Origin: a virus
DNA length: 64,000 nucleotides
Reading direction: 5' to 3' (one strand)
Virus record (IMG/VR): IMGVR_UViG_3300034066_002191
Shown: piece by piece, positions 27,441-36,947 of the stretch
How the letters are laid out: the number at the start of each line of letters is the position of its first letter
How positions within the stretch are numbered: position 1 is the stretch's first letter
Notes under the pieces: model-generated
Told to the model about the DNA's origin: nothing
The model's input: only the letters and a program-made list of their open reading frames with translations
Databases searched by the model: none
Program-made: the position numbers and the translations under genes

Positions 27441-29621
27441 TTAAACTCTTCCTGTCACTTCTTCGAAGCTAACTCCAGTTCGAGTAGCAACGAAAGTTAG
27501 AGTTACATAATTAATTGATTTAGTTGGCTTCAAGAATATGTCAGCTCTAAATTCATTGTTATCAATGACATCGGGTGTATTATTTGTTTCGTCACAAATG
27601 ACTCTAAAATCATACACACCTCGCTTGGCCTGAATATCACGGAGATATGGCTCAACAATGTTTACAAAGTTTGCACGAGTTAGTGGATCATTTAATTCAA
27701 ATAATTGAGCCTGTGCTGTTCTTTCCAACGCTTGTTCTACAGTCAAGAATAATCTACGAACATTAATTCTATCAAATGCGGAAGCATATCCAAGAGCTGT
27801 TTTATCCCCAAAAAGAATTATACCAACACCAGGTTGATTTACTATTGAGTTTATTCTTATTGGATACAAGCGATCTCTTTGTGCTTTTGTTGGATTGTAT
27901 GCAAGCTTAATCGCATTATTTAAAACTCCTCTCTGTTGGCCAGCAGGGGAATACCAGGGATACGAGTTTATACTAGTCCTGACCATTAAACCAGCAATGT
28001 CTGGATTGCATGGAATGTAGCGGAATCTATTGTTAAAACGATCATAAGTGTACTTATATCCACTGTCAAATACAGTATATGAAGAAGAAGACAAAGGACT
28101 GAAAAATTGTACAATTTGATTGGTTTGATCTTCTGTATTTGTTCTATTTACTACATCCGTTCTATGGGTAGAGATTACTGCCATGCAATCTTTTCTAGAA
28201 TTAGCAATAGAAATCAATTCTTGCGCTTTTGCCTGTGATTGCGTTTTTTCTGTTAGTCCAGGACCCATAATGAGATAATCTACTGAAACCTCATCTTTAT
28301 TCGAAAACAGTCTATATGATGTAACCAAATCACCTAATTGCGCTTCCATTCCATTATTATCGCCATAATCTTTTCCTCCGGAAAGGGTATAGGTCACATT
28401 TCCAATCGCACTAAACACCTTATTTTGTGCATCGGTATTCCACAATCCAGCAGCAGTAGTCAATCCAACATAACCGGAAGAGAAGCCAGTTTGGTATATG
28501 GATTCGTTATTTTGGCCATCTGATGGATTGTCTCCAGCATAAACATAATTTGATAATTGTGCCAAATAATCTTTCCACCAAATTTTTTGCGGAGAATTTA
28601 CTGCAGAAATAGAATCAGTTGCTTTTGATAAGAATAAATGCTTCTCTATGAGATTGCCTTGAATTCCAGTTACATTACCAGTGTCATCAATAATTGCAAT
28701 GTGCAACGCATCATTTTTTCCGTTTCTTTCCGCTACATATTGATTTGTAGTTGGCTTTGGTGCCAGGGACTTCCAATATACTGTGCTGTTAACGAGCCCA
28801 AGAGTTTGTTGGTCATACCAATCTAAAACTGAATTTGCCCCAGAAAGAGTAGTTGACCCAATTCCACTTTGAGATTGGCTGCTAATTATTACGGAATTGC
28901 CAACAAAAAACGATTTTAGTTGATTTCTTTCTGCATAAGAGATGCTCTCCTCTACTCCATTAGTTGTTACAGTGGAAATAATTTTTACATCTATAGTTTG
29001 ACTAGTTGTATTGATACCAGTAATTATTGATTTTAAGTGGCCATTAAATAATTGGGTTTCCCCATTTGCAATTATTGTTTGGTCCACCAAATTGGTTGTT
29101 ACCGCATATCCAACTTGAGCAAATGTGATTGCGGAACCTACTGTAAGAGTTTGATCCGCTTTATCGTCAATGACGCAAACCTTCAAATCATTGGACCATG
29201 ACCCTGGAGTTTTTGCGGCAAATACATAATTTGCAGTATCTTCGGAATAAGTTGATTCATATTGATCAAAATTTTTAATCAATAGGGTAGCATTCCCAAC
29301 AGTAGAAACACCAGATACATTTCTGGCAGCATTTGCATTCACTAAATTTGGTCCAGAAGTTCTTACTACTTTAAGAACTCCACCATAAGTTAAAAATGAA
29401 GACGCGCTCATCCAATACTCATATTGAGCATCGTTTGACATTGGTTTCCCAAAAACATTTATTAGTTGCTGTTCTGTGGCAATATCTACTGGTTCATCTA
29501 CAGGTCCGATTGCAAATGGTCCTGCAATTGCCCCAATATTATCCAGTACATTGTCAGCTCTTCCTACAGTTAAATCAACCTCTCTGACAAGTACGCCTGG
29601 AGATAATTGAGGAGTAGCCAT
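27441..29621 (-). CDS. gp18: Tail sheath protein
   Basis: LSPGVLVRE, PWYSPAG, LFGDKT, FDRINVRRLF, CDETNNTPDVID; CATAAATA at 29658-65 upstream. Confidence 0.97.
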   Translation of the reverse strand: MATPQLSPGVLVREVDLTVGRADNVLDNIGAIAGPFAIGPVDEPVDIATEQQLINVFGKPMSNDAQYEYWMSASSFLTYGGVLKVVRTSGPNLVNANAARNVSGVSTVGNATLLIKNFDQYESTYSEDTANYVFAAKTPGSWSNDLKVCVIDDKADQTLTVGSAITFAQVGYAVTTNLVDQTIIANGETQLFNGHLKSIITGINTTSQTIDVKIISTVTTNGVEESISYAERNQLKSFFVGNSVIISSQSQSGIGSTTLSGANSVLDWYDQQTLGLVNSTVYWKSLAPKPTTNQYVAERNGKNDALHIAIIDDTGNVTGIQGNLIEKHLFLSKATDSISAVNSPQKIWWKDYLAQLSNYVYAGDNPSDGQNNESIYQTGFSSGYVGLTTAAGLWNTDAQNKVFSAIGNVTYTLSGGKDYGDNNGMEAQLGDLVTSYRLFSNKDEVSVDYLIMGPGLTEKTQSQAKAQELISIANSRKDCMAVISTHRTDVVNRTNTEDQTNQIVQFFSPLSSSSYTVFDSGYKYTYDRFNNRFRYIPCNPDIAGLMVRTSINSYPWYSPAGQQRGVLNNAIKLAYNPTKAQRDRLYPIRINSIVNQPGVGIILFGDKTALGYASAFDRINVRRLFLTVEQALERTAQAQLFELNDPLTRANFVNIVEPYLRDIQAKRGVYDFRVICDETNNTPDVIDNNEFRADIFLKPTKSINYVTLTFVATRTGVSFEEVTGRV

Positions 29622-29688
29622 GTTTTTCTCCCTAAAATACTCAGTTTCTCTAAAAAATATTTATGTAAAACTTTATTTTCAGAGTAAT

Positions 29689-31338
29689 TTAAAAATTATA
29701 TTGCCAAAGAGATGCCATGTCACCATACTCGTCCACATACCACCTGTCACCTTCCGCATCAACAAAATTGTCAGATTCTCTTCCATCAACTATAAAGCCA
29801 AAAGGAGACATGTCCTGCTCTAGTTGATTTTGCTGTTCTTCATATAATCTTTTTCGGACATCATTATCTGTCATTTCTTTGAAATAATCTTGGACAATGA
29901 GCCAGGCAAAAATTACAAGACACATAACGAGATCATCATTGCATCCTTCTTCCGCTTCAAATGAATTATATTTTTGTACAAATGTTGTTAGTTCTGATAT
30001 GGTTTCATAATCACTAAGTATTAATTTTTCTTCTTCTATAATTGCTTTTAAGTTTATACACCCAATCTTTTTAACATTCTTGGACATTTTCACGCCCATT
30101 TGAGTCTTTTTGCCAGAAAATCCTTGACCAACAATCTGTCCTGCTCTTCCCCTCATTGAACACATTAAAACATTTGGGTATTCTAGATCATAGTGTAATG
30201 CAGCTGCAACTTGATCTCCGACATCATTTACTTCACAAAGTAAATATGCATTATTATATGCTTTCCCTGCATCTTTTATAATATATGGAAACATCATTGG
30301 TTTTATTTCATTATTTCTATATTTTGCAACTACTCTATATGGAAATGTAGTAATATCAAAAACAACAAAAGCAGAATAATCTATCTCTACCCCCCTTGCG
30401 ACATCAACCGTAATTACATATTGATGATCATCTATTGGGTCTTCGTGGACATCAAGACCAGCATTTGATTTTATTGGTCTATCTTGAGTTAGTGTTGCTA
30501 ATTTGGCACCAGAAATTAGTGTATCAACTGAACCCAAAAATTCACACTCAAACTCCTGTCGCCACTGAGATTCGCTAGTGTTGGCAATGGTTGTCTTCTT
30601 AAATTCTTCGTCTCTTCCTGGAACATCAGTCCAAAATACTTCAATTGGAACATACTCATTTTTTGCTTTTTTTGCATCATCCCACAATTTATAGAAATGA
30701 TTTAGTCCCTTTGGTGTCGAGACGACAATTACCTTCGAAGACTTACCGGAAGTAATTGTAGGATATACAGAACTAAAGAATGAATCCGCAACCTGATTCG
30801 GAACGAATGCAAATTCGTCCAGGAAAATGATATTATAAGTGCTACCACGAACAGAAGATGCAGAAGTAGAAGCAGCAAAGATCTTAGATCCATTCTCAAG
30901 TTCTAGTGAGCCTTTATTCCATGAACAAATACCTTGCTGTAACCACTTAGGAAGGTTTTCATAACCAGTTTGAAGACGACCGAGAAGATCGCGTGCAGTT
31001 TGCGCCTTATTCGCTAGAATTGCAATGTTGACATTATCATTGAAAATCGCATAATGGAGTAGATAAGAAACTACGGTTGTCGATTTTCCCGACTGACGCG
31101 GGAGTTTGCAAATGTTAAAACGATTTTCATGAAAGGAATTTAACATCCTTTCTTGAAATGGATACATTTCAAATGGTTGCAAACCATGATCCAAGGTCAC
31201 AATTTGTATATAATTAGTTGCAAAATATACAGGGTCTTGAGCACATTTTATAAATTCGATAACTTGCTCATCTGTAAATTCAATTTGGGTATTTGCTTTT
31301 TTAAGCAGGGGATTACCCAAATAATGTTCTTCAGCCAT
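29689..31338 (-). CDS. gp17: Terminase large subunit (no intein)
   Basis: YLGNPLLK, PRQSGKST, FLDEFAF, VSTPKG, DVARG, DDLVM. Confidence 0.97.
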   Translation of the reverse strand: MAEEHYLGNPLLKKANTQIEFTDEQVIEFIKCAQDPVYFATNYIQIVTLDHGLQPFEMYPFQERMLNSFHENRFNICKLPRQSGKSTTVVSYLLHYAIFNDNVNIAILANKAQTARDLLGRLQTGYENLPKWLQQGICSWNKGSLELENGSKIFAASTSASSVRGSTYNIIFLDEFAFVPNQVADSFFSSVYPTITSGKSSKVIVVSTPKGLNHFYKLWDDAKKAKNEYVPIEVFWTDVPGRDEEFKKTTIANTSESQWRQEFECEFLGSVDTLISGAKLATLTQDRPIKSNAGLDVHEDPIDDHQYVITVDVARGVEIDYSAFVVFDITTFPYRVVAKYRNNEIKPMMFPYIIKDAGKAYNNAYLLCEVNDVGDQVAAALHYDLEYPNVLMCSMRGRAGQIVGQGFSGKKTQMGVKMSKNVKKIGCINLKAIIEEEKLILSDYETISELTTFVQKYNSFEAEEGCNDDLVMCLVIFAWLIVQDYFKEMTDNDVRKRLYEEQQNQLEQDMSPFGFIVDGRESDNFVDAEGDRWYVDEYGDMASLWQYNF

Positions 31339-31355
31339 AATAATTTAAATTTAGT

Positions 31356-32825
31356 TTAACGGCAATTCCAGCGTCTACGAGCTTTGCATATTGGTTTATC
31401 TGGAGTAGAGGTACAATCTATATTATGCATATTTTTCTGTCCCTCAGAACGAGAACAAAAAGCTCCTTGGCGTTTTTTTCTACTCCCAGTTGGATTTGGC
31501 TCGGTTACTGCAGTTTTTAATTTTGAGCCTGGATTTTCTCGACGATAGGTGTCAACTGCTTTTTGGCTCATACCATCAGTTTTATCACTACGATTTACTT
31601 TTTGCCAATCTTCCCCAATAGTCCCATTATTCATGAGATAGTTTTTAGATTTTTTGTCTGGAACTTGAATAATAGGAATATTACTTTGTACAGCACATGG
31701 AGCATAAGTAACTACCTTACAACCTGGATATACTTTATTAGCTTCATCTGCAATTTCTCTACGATTGGGGATTCTTATTTGCGGAAAAAACATTTGGATA
31801 TTGTAGTACTTGGCTCTCCACATAAGAGTCACAGACATATTATGTCCGTTTTTCTGTGGCATAACTGCTTCATCTATTTTAATACAAGAATCTTTTTCAA
31901 AGTCCGCTTTGTTTGGGTCTTTTTTGTATCCATCCCAACATGGATTATTCTTTTTAGATTTTTTTGCTTCTGAGATCAATGGGTCAGCGCCAATAAGATC
32001 GATAAATTCATAAGAAATATTACCAAACATATCTCTTACAATTTTACTTTCTTGTTGTGATTCTACTTTCTTGAGTTTTGTGTAGTAATTTGGGACTTCA
32101 TCTAAATGCTGCAATGCGGTAATTCTTGCGTCAGTTTCATCTGAAGTATGTTCTTTCTCAACTTTCATTCCCATTTTTAATTGAGCTTTAATTGACTCTA
32201 ATGAGACTCCATGCTTTTTTGCTATTTCTTCTGGAGTTTTATATGATTGTACTGGACCTTTTGGATCTTTTTCTTCGTGCATAGACGAACAATCTTTATA
32301 TCCGTGCTCAGGACACTTTTTTCCTTTTTTTGTTTTATTACATCCACATCCCATTTCCGAAAGAATTTGATCTACTAAGGATTTTTCTTCTCTTTGAGTT
32401 GGTATTTTGTATGGAGGTAGATGCTCATATTTTTTGGGAAGTGCAGCTCCGGTCCCTCCCAATTTTTTTGCAATATTACTCGCTGCTTGTTGTTCGCCTT
32501 CTGGTGTTTCTCCCGTTAATTTCTTTGAAACTAAATTTCCTCTTCTTATATTTTTATCTTTTGCGATATCAAAACTAATATCTTTATTTTCATCTAACTC
32601 TTGATCTCCCTGAAGATATTCAGTAGCAGAATCGATGTAATCAGCAGCTCTTGTAATTTTTGATTGTACCCATGCAGGAAGTTGAGTGTCACTGCTCTTA
32701 ATGACCTTTCTTAAATTCTTGATAGATCTTTCAATTGAATCTAATTCGAGTCTTGCCATATATCCCTCATCATCCTTTTTCTTTCCGGATGCAATTTCCT
32801 TGTGGTCTTCTTGAATTTTTTTCAT
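31356..32825 (-). CDS. Multi-module hypothetical protein, candidate internal head polyprotein
   Basis: Short modules (LPAWVQSKI; MGMKVEKEH...HLDE.P.YY, DUF5661-like; NPCWDGY; W..Y..P..YPG; NPGSKL..FCSR..RRWNC) separated by (I/L)xE sites. Confidence 0.7.
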   Translation of the reverse strand: MKKIQEDHKEIASGKKKDDEGYMARLELDSIERSIKNLRKVIKSSDTQLPAWVQSKITRAADYIDSATEYLQGDQELDENKDISFDIAKDKNIRRGNLVSKKLTGETPEGEQQAASNIAKKLGGTGAALPKKYEHLPPYKIPTQREEKSLVDQILSEMGCGCNKTKKGKKCPEHGYKDCSSMHEEKDPKGPVQSYKTPEEIAKKHGVSLESIKAQLKMGMKVEKEHTSDETDARITALQHLDEVPNYYTKLKKVESQQESKIVRDMFGNISYEFIDLIGADPLISEAKKSKKNNPCWDGYKKDPNKADFEKDSCIKIDEAVMPQKNGHNMSVTLMWRAKYYNIQMFFPQIRIPNRREIADEANKVYPGCKVVTYAPCAVQSNIPIIQVPDKKSKNYLMNNGTIGEDWQKVNRSDKTDGMSQKAVDTYRRENPGSKLKTAVTEPNPTGSRKKRQGAFCSRSEGQKNMHNIDCTSTPDKPICKARRRWNCR

Positions 32826-32855
32826 TTTTTATGGTACAATAAAACCTACTTATTT

Positions 32856-33308
32856 TTATTTATCTTCAGAGATATCTTTTAATTGATTTTTCAACATCTT
32901 TGATAATTCTGCCGTAGAGCCCACAAACAAAGCATTTGTCACATTTGTAGGTCCTTTTTGTACTTTTACATCATCTAAATCTTTTATTTTCTTTTGTAAA
33001 TCTATTAACTTATCCGTAGCATCAGAAACATTTTTTATTAGTTGTCCAACTACTTCATATGCTCTAGGAGTGTCAGTTTCTTGAGCTAACTCAAGAACAT
33101 TGTTTATTGCTTCTTGGCCCTTTTCTATGATAGAATATAAATTTCCACGAGTGTATTCGTAGTCTTTTTTAATGTCATCAATTACAGATCTTTTTTCTTT
33201 CTGTATTACTTCTGTAGTTGTCTCTTCCACTTCTGGATGAATAACTTGTTCCGAATCATCAATATTAAATGTCTCATTTAACTTTTTGTATTTTTTAGTC
33301 ATTTTCAT
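32856..33308 (-). CDS. gp16: Terminase small subunit
   Basis: DYEYTRGNLY, PRAYEV, FVGSTAEL. Confidence 0.92.
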   Translation of the reverse strand: MKMTKKYKKLNETFNIDDSEQVIHPEVEETTTEVIQKEKRSVIDDIKKDYEYTRGNLYSIIEKGQEAINNVLELAQETDTPRAYEVVGQLIKNVSDATDKLIDLQKKIKDLDDVKVQKGPTNVTNALFVGSTAELSKMLKNQLKDISEDK

Positions 33309-33320
33309 GGTTTCCTTCCA

Positions 33321-34325
33321 TTAATCTAGTGAGCCAGAAAACCCAAAATCGTCCCCAGGCTCTATTAATAAATCGTCAGATAGAGTAATTAATTTGACCT
33401 CAGATCCAGAAACATGATCTAATATTACCGTAGAATCCTGACCTCTTCTAACAGATAAAATATTACCGGAAATTGACTCAACATATAATTCTTCTTTATT
33501 GATATCAAGATATGATCCAACAGTAATTCCAACTGAACTCACGACCTCAATGATATTATCTGTTTTTTCTGCATCTTTTGATAGTGTTGTGGTTACAGTT
33601 CCAGTATAATTTTGTATTGCACGAGGTTCTACACTGTATGTAACTTCTCTTCTTGCTGACCCTGACGCATCACCAGAAACAAGACCAATAGAAACTTTTT
33701 TGATGATTTCGGAAGAAACGGAATCGGAAGATACTGGACCAAACAGATATGTCTTTGCAGTAAATTTTAAAGTATAAATTAATGCTCTTCTTTCTGTATA
33801 ATCACCTTCATAATTATCTGTCATTGATATATTATCAAGTACTATGGGTATATCTCTTTTTTCTCCTATTTCCTTTACTAAATCAACTGTTAAATTGTAA
33901 TTTGGTTGGAAATATGGTAATATTTGCTCAACTATCTGAAGCATATCATCGTTAAGTTTTGTTATTATACTCAATTCAAAATTTAAATTATAAGGAACAG
34001 GTAAATATGCTTTTCTTATTTGATTATTATTTACATCTTTAGTTAAAAATGTTTGAGTAGTCGTCAGTTTTCTAGTGGTGTCATATGACATTCCTATTAC
34101 TTCAAACGACATTCTAGGCAAATTTACCTGAACTGGTTTATTGAGATTTGGGACTTGTTCCAATCTAGCAAGAAACTTCTGAGTTGGTCCATAAGCCAAT
34201 GGAACTCTAACGGAAGAAACAACATTCCCAGAGTCATCTTTGTGCTTAATAGTTATTCCATTAAATAGTGTTCCAAATGCAACTACTGTCTTTCTTGTTA
34301 TTTCGTGATAAAAATATTCAAACAT
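33321..34325 (-). CDS. gp15: Tail sheath stabiliser / terminator
   Basis: YFYHE, FGTLFN, VPLAYGP, LPRMSFE, QIVEQILPYFQP. Confidence 0.93.
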   Translation of the reverse strand: MFEYFYHEITRKTVVAFGTLFNGITIKHKDDSGNVVSSVRVPLAYGPTQKFLARLEQVPNLNKPVQVNLPRMSFEVIGMSYDTTRKLTTTQTFLTKDVNNNQIRKAYLPVPYNLNFELSIITKLNDDMLQIVEQILPYFQPNYNLTVDLVKEIGEKRDIPIVLDNISMTDNYEGDYTERRALIYTLKFTAKTYLFGPVSSDSVSSEIIKKVSIGLVSGDASGSARREVTYSVEPRAIQNYTGTVTTTLSKDAEKTDNIIEVVSSVGITVGSYLDINKEELYVESISGNILSVRRGQDSTVILDHVSGSEVKLITLSDDLLIEPGDDFGFSGSLD

Positions 34326-34368
34326 GTTAGGAAATCCTTATAATGTTATTTAACCATTTACATATTTA

Positions 34369-35742
34369 TCAAGGAGTTCCAAATGGATTTTTTTCACTAA
34401 AGTCAACTATTGCATTTGCTTCTTCTTGTATTTCTTTATTTTGAGCGAACGGATCGATTAAATTATCGGCTGTAACAATTTTTATTTCATAAGTTGCACT
34501 AGATGCTGATCCTACTAATGTTTCTCCTGGGATAAAATCACCTGTTATATTAGACAATTCTAATTTGTTTGTTGTCGAATTCCAAGCTTTGACTCTTGCG
34601 GTGTAACCAGATTGGGAGCCGATGACAGTCTCATTATATCTGTATGTACCATATCCAACTACATAAGGACTTTGTATTTGGATAATTGGATTTTCCGTAT
34701 ATCCAATTCCAGTAGTTATAATTCCAATTCTTGTAACAACTCCATTTTCTATTATTGCTCTCGCTTGTGCAGGTATTGAAGAAATTCCAATAAATTGTAC
34801 TGTTGGCTCAATTGTGTATCCGGATCCACCATTTGTTATTGAAATATTTCCTACTATCCCATCTCCAATGGAAGCCACTGCTGTTGCTCCCTTTCCCCCA
34901 CCACCATAAAAAGCAATAGTTGGGGGGGAAGTGTACCCATAACCAGCATTTGTAATTTCTACTCCCTGAACTCTAAACAAACTAGAATCAGGTTCGCACA
35001 AATCAACTATTCCTCCAATCATTGTTGCTATTCCAGTTGCTGTCTGTCCAGAAATTGGAATTCCAAACTTTACTTGTGGTGCAGACTTATATCCTTCTCC
35101 TCTATTTGTAATTTTTACGAATGTCACGCCACCATTTACTATAGTGGCAGTTGCTGTCGCGGACACTCCCGCACCAATCATATCAAATGTCTGGATATAG
35201 CCTTGCTTCTCTACATTATCATCTATGAATTCTATTCCAGTATCAACTAGTTCGTCTTGGTATCTGAATAGTTCACATCTCAATGTATAAACATAAGTTT
35301 GTTGAAGTTGATAAAATGGCACTTCGTGCTCAACAAATTTAATTTCAAATAACCTATCACCCAAAGGAAAATATATCAAATCTCCTTCTTTTGGTCTTGT
35401 CGCTAATTCAACATTAGATTGATTTTTTATTAGTGGTGAAATATAATTTTCAAATCTTTCTTTTGAGATAATAAGAGTCAAATCAGTGTAAGGTTGGACT
35501 CCAAATTTTGTAAGTAAAGTTCCAGCACCTTCATATCCATCGTATGTGTCAACATACGCCTCAATAGGATATGCATTATCAAATTCAGATTCTATTACCT
35601 CTTTTATAATTGTTTTTTTAGTTAGATACTTTCTGGGAATGTAATATACATCTATTCCATATATTTTTAATTGTTCATTTATAAGATCTTGAATTAGACC
35701 TTGTTCGGTTTTTGACCCTTGAAGAAAAAATGGATTTAACAT
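34369..35742 (-). CDS. gp14: Neck protein with inserted ITNxGxGY repeats
   Basis: YGIDVYYIPR, RPKEGDLIYFP, FEIKFVEHE.PFYQL, DFSEKNPFG. Confidence 0.93.
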   Translation of the reverse strand: MLNPFFLQGSKTEQGLIQDLINEQLKIYGIDVYYIPRKYLTKKTIIKEVIESEFDNAYPIEAYVDTYDGYEGAGTLLTKFGVQPYTDLTLIISKERFENYISPLIKNQSNVELATRPKEGDLIYFPLGDRLFEIKFVEHEVPFYQLQQTYVYTLRCELFRYQDELVDTGIEFIDDNVEKQGYIQTFDMIGAGVSATATATIVNGGVTFVKITNRGEGYKSAPQVKFGIPISGQTATGIATMIGGIVDLCEPDSSLFRVQGVEITNAGYGYTSPPTIAFYGGGGKGATAVASIGDGIVGNISITNGGSGYTIEPTVQFIGISSIPAQARAIIENGVVTRIGIITTGIGYTENPIIQIQSPYVVGYGTYRYNETVIGSQSGYTARVKAWNSTTNKLELSNITGDFIPGETLVGSASSATYEIKIVTADNLIDPFAQNKEIQEEANAIVDFSEKNPFGTP

Positions 35743-35745
35743 ATA

Positions 35746-36561
35746 TTATCCAATAAGATCTAGTGGAGGAAGCTCATAAGTACTAGACATTCTTTCCATA
35801 ATAATATCTAATTCTCTTTGGGCATCATCATATATTGGTCTACCATCTAATTCAATTCCTCCAGGAAGTTTTACTCCTCTAAATTTAATTAAATTTTGTC
35901 CCCATTGTCTTTTTATGAGTGCAGTCAAGTATTGCTTTAAAAATGAATCATTCCAAACTTTTGTTGATTCGGCTGGGTTTAGTGCCCTATAACAATCAAT
36001 TATAAGAGTTTGTCCTACAGTCACACTAGACCAATCTATATCCAAATACAATCTATCTTCTCTTTTATTGAATCTGACCTGTTTTTGTGTTGTTAACAAC
36101 CAATTAAGGTCTTCCAAGTAAGTTTTCACCATTGAATAAGATAATAATTCAGTCGATCCCCAATAATAAACATCATTCAAGAACAATTGATATTTAATAC
36201 TGAACATTCCACTGGAAATACTATTGGAACCCTCAAATTGAAATATCTTGTTTATTCCAATTACATATGAAGGTATTTGTAAATAATTTGCTGTCTCTTT
36301 ATATTCATAAGTTTTATTTCCAGAAACTGTGGTTATTCCTACTCCTTCTTTTCCTCTCGCTCTATCTAAATCTTGTTGTGTGATTTGGTATCTTAGTAAA
36401 GTTGGTGAGACACCATCAAAATGTCTTTCTTGAAAAAATTGTATGGCATCATCCACCAAATCTTCTATTTGTTCTTGTGCAACATTAATTTCTAAAACTG
36501 GAGCACCTAATTTTCTTAAGCAATAATCAATGAGTTCTTGTCTGGTGGAAGGTTGTGCCAT
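35746..36561 (-). CDS. gp13: Neck protein
   Basis: LRKLGAPVLEINV, QWGQNL.KF.GVKLPGG. Confidence 0.95.
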   Translation of the reverse strand: MAQPSTRQELIDYCLRKLGAPVLEINVAQEQIEDLVDDAIQFFQERHFDGVSPTLLRYQITQQDLDRARGKEGVGITTVSGNKTYEYKETANYLQIPSYVIGINKIFQFEGSNSISSGMFSIKYQLFLNDVYYWGSTELLSYSMVKTYLEDLNWLLTTQKQVRFNKREDRLYLDIDWSSVTVGQTLIIDCYRALNPAESTKVWNDSFLKQYLTALIKRQWGQNLIKFRGVKLPGGIELDGRPIYDDAQRELDIIMERMSSTYELPPLDLIG

Positions 36562-36562
36562 G

Positions 36563-36727
36563 TTACAATTTAGATACTACTTCTTGTTGCTTTAAGTATA
36601 ACTTAATATAAGACTTTGCAAAATTTTTAACAATTTCTATATCATCTATACTATCTATATCTCTAGATAATTTTTCATATTCAAACATTTTATTAAAATC
36701 TTCTAGAATTATTTTATCTGGATTCAT
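36563..36727 (-). CDS. 54-aa helical protein, possibly NblA-like; absent from the ORF track
   Basis: MNPDKIILEDFNKMFEYEKLSRDIDSIDDIEIVKNFAKSYIKLYLKQQEVVSKL*; fills the gap before gp13. The ORF is well supported, the family is tentative. Confidence 0.6.
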   Translation of the reverse strand: MNPDKIILEDFNKMFEYEKLSRDIDSIDDIEIVKNFAKSYIKLYLKQQEVVSKL

Positions 36728-36947
36728 TTTTTATTTCTAGTAGTAATGTTTTTATTAAATTTAAATCATCTTTCATTGTTGAAATTTCTGACTCTATTTT
36801 TTCAAATCTAGCATTTTCCTTTTCTTTTGATAAATTTGATTTATTGTAGTTTTCATACTCAAGATGGTTTACATTTAATATTGCATTTGTATTTTTGTCT
36901 CTAACTAGATTTGAATTTCCTTTTACTTTGTAATACATATCAAGCAA
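36714..36947 (-). CDS. Small coiled-coil hypothetical protein; start may be 36938
   Basis: KVKGNSNLVRD..TNAILN followed by a coiled coil; follows the DUF4815-like gene. Confidence 0.75.
   Translation of the reverse strand: MLDMYYKVKGNSNLVRDKNTNAILNVNHLEYENYNKSNLSKEKENARFEKIESEISTMKDDLNLIKTLLLEIKNESR

Noticed and set aside
1983-31338. Inteins, introns or homing endonucleases in gp43, gp46, uvsW, gp20 or gp17
   Set aside because: Protein lengths are normal, motifs are contiguous, and I saw no splicing, HNH, GIY-YIG or LAGLIDADG signatures.
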